DNA of 64,000 nt from Candidatus Poribacteria bacterium (GTDB taxonomy: Bacteria; Poribacteria; WGA-4E; PCPOR2b), in assembly GCA_965215015.1 (NCBI GenBank), contig OZ244042.1:5440001-5504000 (forward strand), read 5' to 3'. Under the pieces are notes generated by a model. That model had not been told where the DNA came from. It did not search any database and saw nothing but the letters and a program-made list of their open reading frames with translations. Position 1 is the first letter of the stretch, and each line of letters opens with the position of its first letter. The position numbers were made by a program, and so were the translations under genes. Positions 40,651-51,132 of this stretch are shown here, piece by piece.

Positions 40651-41259
40651 CTACATCTTGCGGAAAAGCCCGACAACCTTTCCCAAAATCTGTGCATCAT
40701 CGACAATAATTGGAGACATCACCGTGTTTTCAGGTTGCAGGCGAATTCTGTCCCCATCGCGGAAAAAGCGTTTCACCGTTGCTTCTTCATCAAGCAGCGC
40801 GACAACAATATCGCCGGCATCCGCGTAATTCTGCGACCGCACAATCACGAGGTCCCCTTCAAAGATTCCTGCCTCAATCATACTCTCCCCGTTGATACGC
40901 AACGCGAAACAGGTATCTTCCTTGGCAACCTCCCGCGGCACGGGTAAAGTGCCTTCAATATTCTCAGAGGCGAGTACAGGCTCGCCAGCGGCAACTCGCC
41001 CAACGATTGGGACTTCAACTGCCGCTTGCGGTAGCTTTTTCGGCACAAACTCCAAAATTTCAATGGCGCGCGGCTTTTTGGGGATACGCCGGATATAACC
41101 CTTCTTCTCGATCGCATTCAGGTGATCATGGGCACCCTTCTCAGAAATTCGGAAGTTCGTCCCAATTTCGCGAACAGTCGGCGGGTAGCCTGTATCTTGC
41201 ACATGCTTCCGCACAAATTCAAAGATCCGGTCCTGTTTTTTAGTCAATGGTTTTCGCAT
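40651..41259 (-). CDS. lexA: LexA repressor
   Basis: GYPPTVREI HTH, Ala-Gly cleavage site VAAG.P, catalytic Ser (GESM) and Lys (TVKR). Confidence 0.97.
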   Translation of the reverse strand: MRKPLTKKQDRIFEFVRKHVQDTGYPPTVREIGTNFRISEKGAHDHLNAIEKKGYIRRIPKKPRAIEILEFVPKKLPQAAVEVPIVGRVAAGEPVLASENIEGTLPVPREVAKEDTCFALRINGESMIEAGIFEGDLVIVRSQNYADAGDIVVALLDEEATVKRFFRDGDRIRLQPENTVMSPIIVDDAQILGKVVGLFRKM

Positions 41260-41291
41260 AATTTCCTCCTCACGCCTGTTTATATACCTTT

Positions 41292-41320
41292 AATATACTA
41301 TACACAGGTTAAGCCGTCAA
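41292..41320 (-). promoter_or_regulatory. lexA promoter
   Basis: TTGACG-17-TATATT on the minus strand, overlapped by an inverted repeat. Confidence 0.7.
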
Positions 41321-41667
41321 GAAAAAAGCGTTGTACTTACACCGGTCCTCTTTATTTTTTTTTGCCCGATCAGATTGGGACAACGGAATCAGGACTCCCT
41401 CGCCCGACTGCATCACTGAATTAACGAACAAATAGTTTGACCCATCCTAAACTAGATTGCCATGAATGCCTCCTGATTACTATCCAACGCGGTAGAAAAG
41501 AGACTTCCGATGTCACGTCAATCAGGAAATCGTGTCTTCAAGGGGTATCAATCCCCTGAAGCCATTTATCAAACAAGCCGGCAACAACTTGCTATAAATC
41601 CACCCGAATCCGGGGAGTTTATCTAAACCTATTTTAGGATTGGGGTGCAGGAGACCATTAACAGTCT

Positions 41668-41865
41668 CGTCCATGTAAAGAAATCGTGCAACAGCACTCG
41701 TAAGTACTTGCAGTCCGATTTACCGGGGGAGCCTGCCCAAACATTTCGGGTTTTGGGCGGGTTGTAGGGGTAACCCTTGTGGTTGCCCGTCTTTAGCCTT
41801 CCTTTTTTATTTTCGTAGATTCGCGTTAATTCGCGGATGCTTTGCACCTTCTTTTTAGATAAACC
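41668..41865. mobile_element. MITE-like element, family A (degenerate), with a GTAG REP
   Basis: GTCCATGTAAAGAAATCGTGCAAC ... TTTGCACCTTCTTTTTAGATAAACC; internal GTAGGGGTAACCCTTGTGGTTGCCC. Confidence 0.55.
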
Positions 41866-41874
41866 AACAGTTTA

Positions 41875-42216
41875 TTACCAAGTTGAACGCCGAGTTTTCA
41901 GTTTTTCGAGATATTCTGCTGTGCGTTTAATCTCTCGACGCGCAGCGTCATCGGCTCTGCGTTTTGCTGCTTTTTTATCGTTATACTCCAACCCCCACGA
42001 ACCTTTTCTGAGACGTTTGAGGTTAAATTCTCCACCCGCTTGTGCGTTCACATAGTCAAGCAGGTTTCGCAAGATCCAGTAGACATCGGACGCAGCATAC
42101 CGGAGATCGCTATCAGACCCCTGTTCTCCGATAAAATCTAGGGCCAGTCTTACCAATTCAACGGCCTCTTTTGGGGTGTAGCTCTTGTCACTATCTAACT
42201 GAATTGTTACCATCAC
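41875..42216 (-). CDS. Small hypothetical protein with basic C-terminal helix
   Basis: 113-aa ORF 15 nt downstream of xdhC on the same strand. Confidence 0.6.
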   Translation of the reverse strand: MMVTIQLDSDKSYTPKEAVELVRLALDFIGEQGSDSDLRYAASDVYWILRNLLDYVNAQAGGEFNLKRLRKGSWGLEYNDKKAAKRRADDAARREIKRTAEYLEKLKTRRSTW

Positions 42217-42231
42217 GCTGACTCGTAGCGG

Positions 42232-43341
42232 TTATGTACCGACCTTAATCGTGGGCATTCTCGCCGGCTGTGCATCAAAATAGATGTCTGGCTTCGTACT
42301 ATTGCGGACCTGGATAAGTTGTGCAGCGATACTCACGGCAATCTCTGGCACGGTTTTAGAGTTGATATCCAATCCAATCGGCGCATACACCTGCGCCAGT
42401 TTCTCTTCCGGGACACCCATGTCCCTTAAATCGTCGTAAATCAACTTAATCTTCCGCCGGCTGCCGATTAGCCCGACATACCGTGCATTGGACTCAATGA
42501 CGCTGTGGAGTGCCTCCTCATCGTGCTGATGTCCTCGTGTGACAATGACAGCGTAAGTCAGATGATCGATGGGGTACTTACGCAACTCCTCCGCAATATC
42601 GCCGATGATAATCTTGTCGGCTTCGGGGAGCCGTTCTTCAGAGGCAAAATCAGCACGGTCATCGACAATTGCGATGTCAAAACCGATCCATTTTCCAAGA
42701 TGACATAGAGCCTGCCCGACATGCCCAGCACCAGCAATAAGCAACGTAGGACGCGGCTGCACCGCATCCATAAAGACCCAAACAACCCCATCCCGCCACC
42801 GAAAGACCCCGGGAGCATCCTTCTCTAGGACCTCGCTCAGTTCCTCTTGCAGTACTGTCTCCAGTGTCGCATCGCCTAACGACCCGACCTTTTCGCCGTT
42901 AGCTGCAAACAGCATCTTGGCGCCGACTTGGATATGGTCCATCTCACTCTGAACGATTGTGGTAGAAACGAGGGGGATTTTTGCCTCCGAGAGTTCCTGC
43001 AACCGAGTTAATATCAATGACTCCCCTTCGGTTTGGGGCAGGTCAATGAAAATTTTCATATTCCCACCACAGATGAGACCATCGTCCCATCCGTAGTCGC
43101 TATCCAACTGAAAATCAAGCAGACGTGGGGCACCCCCCTGCATCAGGCCGATGGCCTGTCGCCGCGCCTCCGCTTCGACACATCCGCCGCCCAGTGTTCC
43201 GATATTGCGTAGGTCTGGTAAAATTAGCAACTTGGACCCCGGTTTTTGCGGCGTGGATCCTTTTGTTTCTACAACCGTACAATAGGCACCAATCTCTTCG
43301 GATTCAATTAGTTCAATGACTTTCTGATATATATCTCTCAT
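42232..43341 (-). CDS. xdhC: XdhC/CoxI family molybdenum hydroxylase maturation protein
   Basis: GSTPQKPG, GTLGGGCVE, GLICGG, GAGHVG, TRGH..D, YVGLIGSRRK, APIGLDI..PEIA. Confidence 0.92.
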   Translation of the reverse strand: MRDIYQKVIELIESEEIGAYCTVVETKGSTPQKPGSKLLILPDLRNIGTLGGGCVEAEARRQAIGLMQGGAPRLLDFQLDSDYGWDDGLICGGNMKIFIDLPQTEGESLILTRLQELSEAKIPLVSTTIVQSEMDHIQVGAKMLFAANGEKVGSLGDATLETVLQEELSEVLEKDAPGVFRWRDGVVWVFMDAVQPRPTLLIAGAGHVGQALCHLGKWIGFDIAIVDDRADFASEERLPEADKIIIGDIAEELRKYPIDHLTYAVIVTRGHQHDEEALHSVIESNARYVGLIGSRRKIKLIYDDLRDMGVPEEKLAQVYAPIGLDINSKTVPEIAVSIAAQLIQVRNSTKPDIYFDAQPARMPTIKVGT

Positions 43342-43371
43342 TTTTCTTTCCTCGCATCAGATCGGCTAAAA

Positions 43372-44250
43372 TCATCCTTGTTCCTTAACGCTCTTTGTTA
43401 CCAATTGGGTAAACTGTTCACGCTGGGTATCAGTCAAATCGAGTTGAAGAATTGATTCAGCCCCATTCCGACCAATTTGCGTCGGAACATTAAGGTAGAC
43501 TCGCGCTGCACTCGATTGAATCAGGGAACTGACGCACATGATTCGCTTCTTATCCAAGGCAATTGCCGTGACAATTTGTGCAATCCAAGCAGCCAGCGTA
43601 TATGGTGCATCCATGGTGCTAGATTTCTTATGTATGTCCCTCACCCCTTCCGTCAACGCATCAATTTGCCTTGCCCCCAGTAACTCCCCTAACGGTATAC
43701 CATTCACACGGCAGTATTGCGGAAGCGGGTGGATAGTCTCGTCATTCCCAATGACAAGAACCGTAATATCTTGCACAGAAACGCTCAGTTGATGGGCAAT
43801 CTGAGTTTTCAGATACGCCTCCCCTATCCCGCTAGAAAGTCCAATCACTTGGCTTGCTTCCGCCCCAAGTTCACGATAAACGTAAAAAGCGAGCGAACAT
43901 GCCGAAGGCATTGAGACGATGACCCGCGCTTTCGGTGCGTGTCGTTTTATGTGCCGAGCAAAACGTTGCACTAGCGAAGCATTGGCTTGGCGTTGCGCTT
44001 GAATAGGGCGTGATGCGTGGGGAAGTAGAATCACAATCTGCGAATCTGCCAGTGCCGCCTGCTCTTGAGTCACGCGTAATTCTGTGTCCCCCCCCCCGAT
44101 TACAATTGCTTGTTTCAGGTCTTGCAGCGTATCGCGGAGTGGTCCTGGCGTATCTTCTACCCAAACAACCTCAGAAAAGAGGTTCAAATGGCAAATTGTT
44201 GATGCAACAGGAGCAATACAACTTCTCCCTCCGAGGAGGCTTATCTTCAT
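43372..44250 (-). CDS. Malate/lactate dehydrogenase-fold protein lacking catalytic residues
   Basis: Colinear with MDH (ALADSQIV, IA.QL.VS..DI..LVIG, VNGIPL.EL, AIALDKKRI, VP..IG.NG.E.I..L.L), but all active-site motifs are altered. Confidence 0.75.
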   Translation of the reverse strand: MKISLLGGRSCIAPVASTICHLNLFSEVVWVEDTPGPLRDTLQDLKQAIVIGGGDTELRVTQEQAALADSQIVILLPHASRPIQAQRQANASLVQRFARHIKRHAPKARVIVSMPSACSLAFYVYRELGAEASQVIGLSSGIGEAYLKTQIAHQLSVSVQDITVLVIGNDETIHPLPQYCRVNGIPLGELLGARQIDALTEGVRDIHKKSSTMDAPYTLAAWIAQIVTAIALDKKRIMCVSSLIQSSAARVYLNVPTQIGRNGAESILQLDLTDTQREQFTQLVTKSVKEQG

Positions 44251-44302
44251 TTCAACGACAACCAATCCAACAGTTGAGGTTTGAAAACTTCAGTAAGCGG
44301 GT

Positions 44303-47179
44303 TCACAAAAGCGTTTCAACGAGCGTCTGGAAGTTTTCTTCTAGCAATTCGCGTTGTTTATCCATCCCAGATTTAGGGGTGAGTTTTGTTTCTAATAACC
44401 GTTCGTAGCGTTCAACGTACTCCAGAAGTGCTTCAACCTCCTTCTCGTAACAGATAATCGAGGCCAACACCTTCTCTTTGATCAAGATTGGCAACTCCGT
44501 CTGTGTAATCTGTGTCAGTTCCCACCGCCATAATTTTTCAGAAATGTAACCTGCATATCGTTTTAGCGTATCGCCCTCATAGCCGGCGTCTTGGAGAGCT
44601 CTTAACTCTAGGAGTAAGTCTACAGCAATGTTAAACACATTCACCGAAGCATCCCCCGCAGCAGCGGAGGCAGGGAAAACCCTTCTTAGCTTCATCAATG
44701 CACGCCCGGTGGTAGAGAGTGGCAACTTATTTTCAAACAAAAATGCGCGCAAGTTTGGATATTCATCGGGAGATTTCACGTCCTCCAACCATGTATTCTC
44801 AATAGGTGGTAGCGATTGCAGATCGAAATTCAGTACCTGATGCTCTCGTATCTGATTAATCTGCTGAGAGTGCGGAGCTATTGCGGTCTCCAGCAGCGTT
44901 GATGGCGCATCGGTATAGGAATTTAGAAACTCTATAAGTTCAGCAATTTTCGGTTTTTCCTCTTCGATTGCCGCTATCACTTTTGCAGCGGATTCGGGGG
45001 ATTGACCCTTTTTCCGTCCCTTTTTCCCTTTACCCCGCTTTTTGGGGGCTTTGGGATTTGTTGCACGGACCAGTTGTTTAGCGAGCGTCTGCTGGTATGT
45101 TAGCAATTCCTCGCGAAGTGCACATAGGGTCGTATCGCTATGAATTTGTAGCATAGCAGGTGTACTAATTTCCTGTAACCCACGACCAATTTTCGCTTGT
45201 AAGGCACGGTCAAGATTCCGTTTCAGAGTATTTAAATCTTTCTCATTGCGTATCACGATTTTCCCGCCAAGCACGAGATCCATCAGTCTCTTCGTTTCTA
45301 ACGGAAGGCTGAGATTGATGTCGAAAATTGGTTGAAAATCTTCGCAGAGATATTCTCGAACCAATCCTTCGGTGAGTATCGTCCACAATGTCCTATAATA
45401 GGGTTCACGGTCGCTCCGCTCTTCCGGAGTATTCTGAATCCAGCGTTTAATCATCGGGACATTGGCGTGGAGGCGACTCAGAACGACCTCAAACATCTTC
45501 TCCGAAATCCCAAATCCTTCAAAAGTATTCCCTCTCCGGGGTGAGAGATGACGTGCCCCCGAATTTTGCGCCGAAGCGGTAGAGTGCCTAGGCATTAACA
45601 GGATATCAGACAATGGCTTGAGAACGGATTCAAATTGCTGCTGATGCCTGCTCGTGAAATTCGCGATTTCCAGCAATTCTATCCATAAGTCCCGAAGCCT
45701 TTCAGTCTGTTTTGGATGGATCGTCGGATTCAACGCAAGACGGTGGAGCCGATCTCGTACCGTCTTGTCTGTCCACTCTGGCAAGCAAATTTCCTCCAGA
45801 AGTTCCTCCTCCTCAAGTACCATTAGCTCCACTGTACGCAGCAGGCCGGTTTCGAGAAGGTGTTTCTCAAATACAAGGTCATAGAAAAGTCCAGTCGCTT
45901 GATCCAGCACTTGATTCGCCAATTTGTAGCCAGACAGGATGAGATGTCTGATAGTAGTTTGACGTGAATCTTGCAGCTGCCATGTTTCAATGATTGAATC
46001 AATGCTATTTCTCAGCAACTTTTTCCTGGATTCCACATTATCTTCATCCAAGTATTCACCGACATATTTTCCAAAAAACTCGCTGAATTCAAATAGCTGA
46101 TTCCGCAGCTCGTTAATTGCTAGGTCGTCCCAGACCCTTTCATAAATCCGTTGCCCCGGTTGGAGCGTGAGTGCTTGAAGCCGACTATCAATCCGTCCTT
46201 GGAAATTCGTCATGATTTCGTGTGCCCGCTGGTTTGCCTGCGACACATACTCATCGACGATTGAAGAGCATTCGGTAACGACTTTACGAATAGCTTCGTA
46301 GTCACCATTGGGCGTAGTAACAACAAATTCAATACTGCCCGGGGACAGTGGATTATAGACAGCCGCTGTTGGAAATACCGCTATCGGTCTTAAACCTTGT
46401 GCGGGATGAGGCGATTTGCTCTGTCCGTCCTCTTCTTGCGTCGGTTTACCTTGGAGGTACTCACCAAGCCTTAAACAGTAATTAATATCAAGCAGATCGG
46501 GGTAATGCTTGATATGCGTACGATGAACGACCAGGAGCTGGTCGGCGTCACTAGTAGTGATTGAATCGAGCAGTTCATCCTCGTTCAGATGCACCCCATG
46601 GATGTTCGTCTGTTCTGGAATAATGACCCGCGCTAATCCGGGTGAGGTTTCTTGAGAAGATGCGAGGACATAGCCGCCAGCTTTGACAGTGGTTGGTATT
46701 GTAAACTCAACCTTTAAAACCTCTTGCACCATCTCTGACAACGTGAGGGATTTACCTAGATGGACAGTGGTAATATCCTTGAGTACACCATCGGCGAAGT
46801 CCGTCACTTGGCGTGTGTTACGCTCTAGCTCCTGCACACTTCTACGGACGCGGTCATGGTCATCCTTCGCTTCCGCTGCAACTTTAACCTCATCAATCCA
46901 AGAAATCCAAGCCCCGGGGCGCGGTCTCATTTTAAGTGTGAGTCCCCTATCTTCTGAGTCGAAGCCGGGGAGAATTTGCCCTTCGGACGATTTCTTTGGC
47001 GTCCAAATGAGCAAGTATTTGTCATTTTTTGCACCAAGCCCCATCCCAAAGGTATCCCCCCAGCTCATCCGTCCTTCAACGCTCGCTTTTATTTTATCTG
47101 TTAAAGCGAAAAGAGAATCTGAACTAAAATTTAGGGATAGGTCTTGCACTTGATTCGATTGGTCCTTGTCCAAAATCAT
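44303..47179 (-). CDS. Large hypothetical protein (958 aa)
   Basis: Long uninterrupted ORF; no motif recognised; mostly helical-looking with a K/R-rich loop. Confidence 0.8.
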   Translation of the reverse strand: MILDKDQSNQVQDLSLNFSSDSLFALTDKIKASVEGRMSWGDTFGMGLGAKNDKYLLIWTPKKSSEGQILPGFDSEDRGLTLKMRPRPGAWISWIDEVKVAAEAKDDHDRVRRSVQELERNTRQVTDFADGVLKDITTVHLGKSLTLSEMVQEVLKVEFTIPTTVKAGGYVLASSQETSPGLARVIIPEQTNIHGVHLNEDELLDSITTSDADQLLVVHRTHIKHYPDLLDINYCLRLGEYLQGKPTQEEDGQSKSPHPAQGLRPIAVFPTAAVYNPLSPGSIEFVVTTPNGDYEAIRKVVTECSSIVDEYVSQANQRAHEIMTNFQGRIDSRLQALTLQPGQRIYERVWDDLAINELRNQLFEFSEFFGKYVGEYLDEDNVESRKKLLRNSIDSIIETWQLQDSRQTTIRHLILSGYKLANQVLDQATGLFYDLVFEKHLLETGLLRTVELMVLEEEELLEEICLPEWTDKTVRDRLHRLALNPTIHPKQTERLRDLWIELLEIANFTSRHQQQFESVLKPLSDILLMPRHSTASAQNSGARHLSPRRGNTFEGFGISEKMFEVVLSRLHANVPMIKRWIQNTPEERSDREPYYRTLWTILTEGLVREYLCEDFQPIFDINLSLPLETKRLMDLVLGGKIVIRNEKDLNTLKRNLDRALQAKIGRGLQEISTPAMLQIHSDTTLCALREELLTYQQTLAKQLVRATNPKAPKKRGKGKKGRKKGQSPESAAKVIAAIEEEKPKIAELIEFLNSYTDAPSTLLETAIAPHSQQINQIREHQVLNFDLQSLPPIENTWLEDVKSPDEYPNLRAFLFENKLPLSTTGRALMKLRRVFPASAAAGDASVNVFNIAVDLLLELRALQDAGYEGDTLKRYAGYISEKLWRWELTQITQTELPILIKEKVLASIICYEKEVEALLEYVERYERLLETKLTPKSGMDKQRELLEENFQTLVETLL

Positions 47180-47322
47180 TTCCTAATATATTTAACAAAA
47201 AATGGGCAATTCTTTCCCGTACTGTACCTAAGAGGTATGGAAAGCCTTGCCCTAAAAGTTCATGTCGAGATGTGCGTATTTTCTGTTTAAGTATCTGACT
47301 AAAAATCTCTGCACATTCTGTC

Positions 47323-47366
47323 GGGTGGCGTCTACTCACCCGGTGCTTGGTGAGTAGACGCCACCC
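47323..47366. other. Perfect 18-bp inverted repeat downstream of nuoI
   Basis: gggtggcgtctactcacc-cggtgctt-ggtgagtagacgccaccc; no U-tract. Confidence 0.8.
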
Positions 47367-47389
47367 CAAGTAAACTCATGTTCGGGTAC

Positions 47390-47935
47390 TTACGAATCCG
47401 GATGAAGTCCTTGTTCGGGAATATCGTTATTAGCTATCAACATATCTCGATCAAAGATGAAATCTTTCCGCGAACTGCCCAGAACTTCACCCTCTTTTTG
47501 TCTTTCCCTAAAGTATTGCGGGAGTGTGATTCCTGTCATCTGGATTGCATCCTCTGGACATGCCTCAACACAGTATCCACAGAAGATGCAGCGCAGCATA
47601 TTGATTTCAAAAACTTCCGGGTATTTCTCGCGTTGATAACCTTCTTTCGTTTTCCAGCCTTCGGGCGCGGGACCGCCTTTAATGGTGATACAATCCGCCG
47701 GACAAGCTGTTGCACACATAAAGCAGGCCACACATTTGACATTTCCTTCCGGATCCAGTGGCAGTTTATGAACGCCACGATAGCGTTCATTGCGCTCTTC
47801 AACACTCCGTGGATCTTCGGGGTACTGATAAGTGAACTTCCTCTTAGGAATATGTTTCAGTGTCGTGAGCATACCCTTAATAAGTCCAGGGATATAAAGC
47901 TTGTCCCAAAACGACATATCTTCATTGACTTTCAT
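47390..47935 (-). CDS. nuoI: NADH-quinone oxidoreductase subunit I
   Basis: T.QYPE, RYRG.H.L, CVACFMCATACP..CI, F.INMLRCIFCGYCVEACP.DAI. Confidence 0.92.
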   Translation of the reverse strand: MKVNEDMSFWDKLYIPGLIKGMLTTLKHIPKRKFTYQYPEDPRSVEERNERYRGVHKLPLDPEGNVKCVACFMCATACPADCITIKGGPAPEGWKTKEGYQREKYPEVFEINMLRCIFCGYCVEACPEDAIQMTGITLPQYFRERQKEGEVLGSSRKDFIFDRDMLIANNDIPEQGLHPDS

Positions 47936-48166
47936 AAAAACGCTGTCCCGGCTTTGATTATTGAGCGTAAAAACCTCTGCTGGGAAGCCATTCTCCTTTC
48001 GATAATAAAATTCAAATCGAATAGTAGCATAGTAGCACAATTTCAATATTAATGCAACAACTATTTTTTTATAATTGTTTCCTCATGGGTGACAAACCTT
48101 TCACATCAATTATCAATTACGACCGTGGCACTGCAATATTACACCCTCGACATAAGATAATAGCAG

Positions 48167-49048
48167 TTACTCTCTTAGATACTCCTTTTTCAACTTTTCA
48201 GGAAACCCATAGGGCAAATCAGTTCGGGGTACAGGTAATGGAAAGCTTTGACCCCCTCGGTTTTGGAACATCTCATGTTTACCACATAACCATAGAAACA
48301 TCTCTGCCACCTTCACCGCACTCCGGAATTGTTCAACAAGGTTAGCGGCTGGACTGTCATAGTCAGCAGTGGCAAAATCAAAGTTAGGGTTAACCGTCCA
48401 ATCCCTTTTGGGTGGACTGGTTCTCCAATAGAAATACTTTAACAAGTTACGGGTTGCAGTTATAGTTGAGGATGGGCGACGATGCCAGATATGATAGATT
48501 GTGATGAACACAGAGCCTGCTAGCGCATCAGTTGATACTGTGTTCCTGATATTCCCTAAATGCCCCATGAACCTCGACTTCTGCCGTACAAGATGTGTGC
48601 CGGGTACAAGTTGCGTCGGCCCCATCTCTATGGGAGTGTCCTGTGGATAATAGAACACCTGAAGGAAGTTTAACTCATGGGTATAGTTGTAGTTCCCATC
48701 AATGTGCCACCCCCCAACTGATGCGATAGGGCATTCAACACGATGGTTCACCATCTGGACAGGCAGATGGAAATCTTTGCCCAACAATGACCGCACAGCC
48801 CCTGCAACTTCGGTATTCCTCATCACCCCCTCAACAAACCATTCCTCATATAGGATATCATTCATATAGAGCAGGTCAGGATTTGCATCACAATACTTCA
48901 GCACACGCTGGTTAATATGATCAGGCACCACTCCTTCAAGCCTGAGATATCCATTTTTTAGAAACTCAAGTATCTCTGTGTCTGATAAGGTTGGTTTGCA
49001 GTCATGTGTGCTAGAGGGAATCAATGTCTTTTCTGAAAAGGTATTCAT
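48167..49048 (-). CDS. Phytanoyl-CoA dioxygenase (PhyH) family Fe(II)/2OG oxygenase
   Basis: F.KNGYL, WHID, GPT.LVPGTH, IWHR. Confidence 0.85.
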   Translation of the reverse strand: MNTFSEKTLIPSSTHDCKPTLSDTEILEFLKNGYLRLEGVVPDHINQRVLKYCDANPDLLYMNDILYEEWFVEGVMRNTEVAGAVRSLLGKDFHLPVQMVNHRVECPIASVGGWHIDGNYNYTHELNFLQVFYYPQDTPIEMGPTQLVPGTHLVRQKSRFMGHLGNIRNTVSTDALAGSVFITIYHIWHRRPSSTITATRNLLKYFYWRTSPPKRDWTVNPNFDFATADYDSPAANLVEQFRSAVKVAEMFLWLCGKHEMFQNRGGQSFPLPVPRTDLPYGFPEKLKKEYLRE

Positions 49049-49116
49049 AACTCAAATTGGAAGGTGCCTCAGATAGAACTCAGAATGACGGGCATCACGG
49101 TTAAGTGGTCACCAAT

Positions 49117-50649
<1,533 letters not shown>

Positions 50650-51132
50650 TTAGAGAATCAATTGAGCGATAGATAAAGGGACAAAGCCATCGTCCTGAGC
50701 CGGTAAGCGGTCTCACTGCACCAACAGATTAAATAACGCCATTGTGAAATCGAGTCATGTCTTGCAAATACGCCCAACACTGATGCGCCCTCTTTGTCAA
50801 CATAAATAAAATGATCTCTATCAGTATTCTATCATTCCACTCCCCGCGTTGGCATACCCGCAGGTTGGAAGCAAGCCCATCGGCTTTGGCAACTCCTGCA
50901 TCGGCAAAAGCAACCATCTGCTCACTGATCCCTTCAATTAGATGAGGGGTGCACATAGTAGTAGGCACGATCTGTCGTGCCGTAGACCACACAACCGTGT
51001 AGTTAGGTGAACCAAAGATTTAAGATCTCGAAGGATAGAATAGGTACAAGGCATCGCAGGAAAGGGAATTATTGAATAACAATGTTACCACATCAGAAGC
51101 ATATTGTCAAAAAAATCACTATATCCCATTAC

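Noticed and set aside
47930-47995. 19-aa uORF (MASQQRFLR...) overlapping the nuoI start
   Set aside because: The SD is only about 1 nt from the ATG and there is no other support.
47378-48052. 224-aa plus-strand ORF
   Set aside because: Antisense shadow of nuoI.
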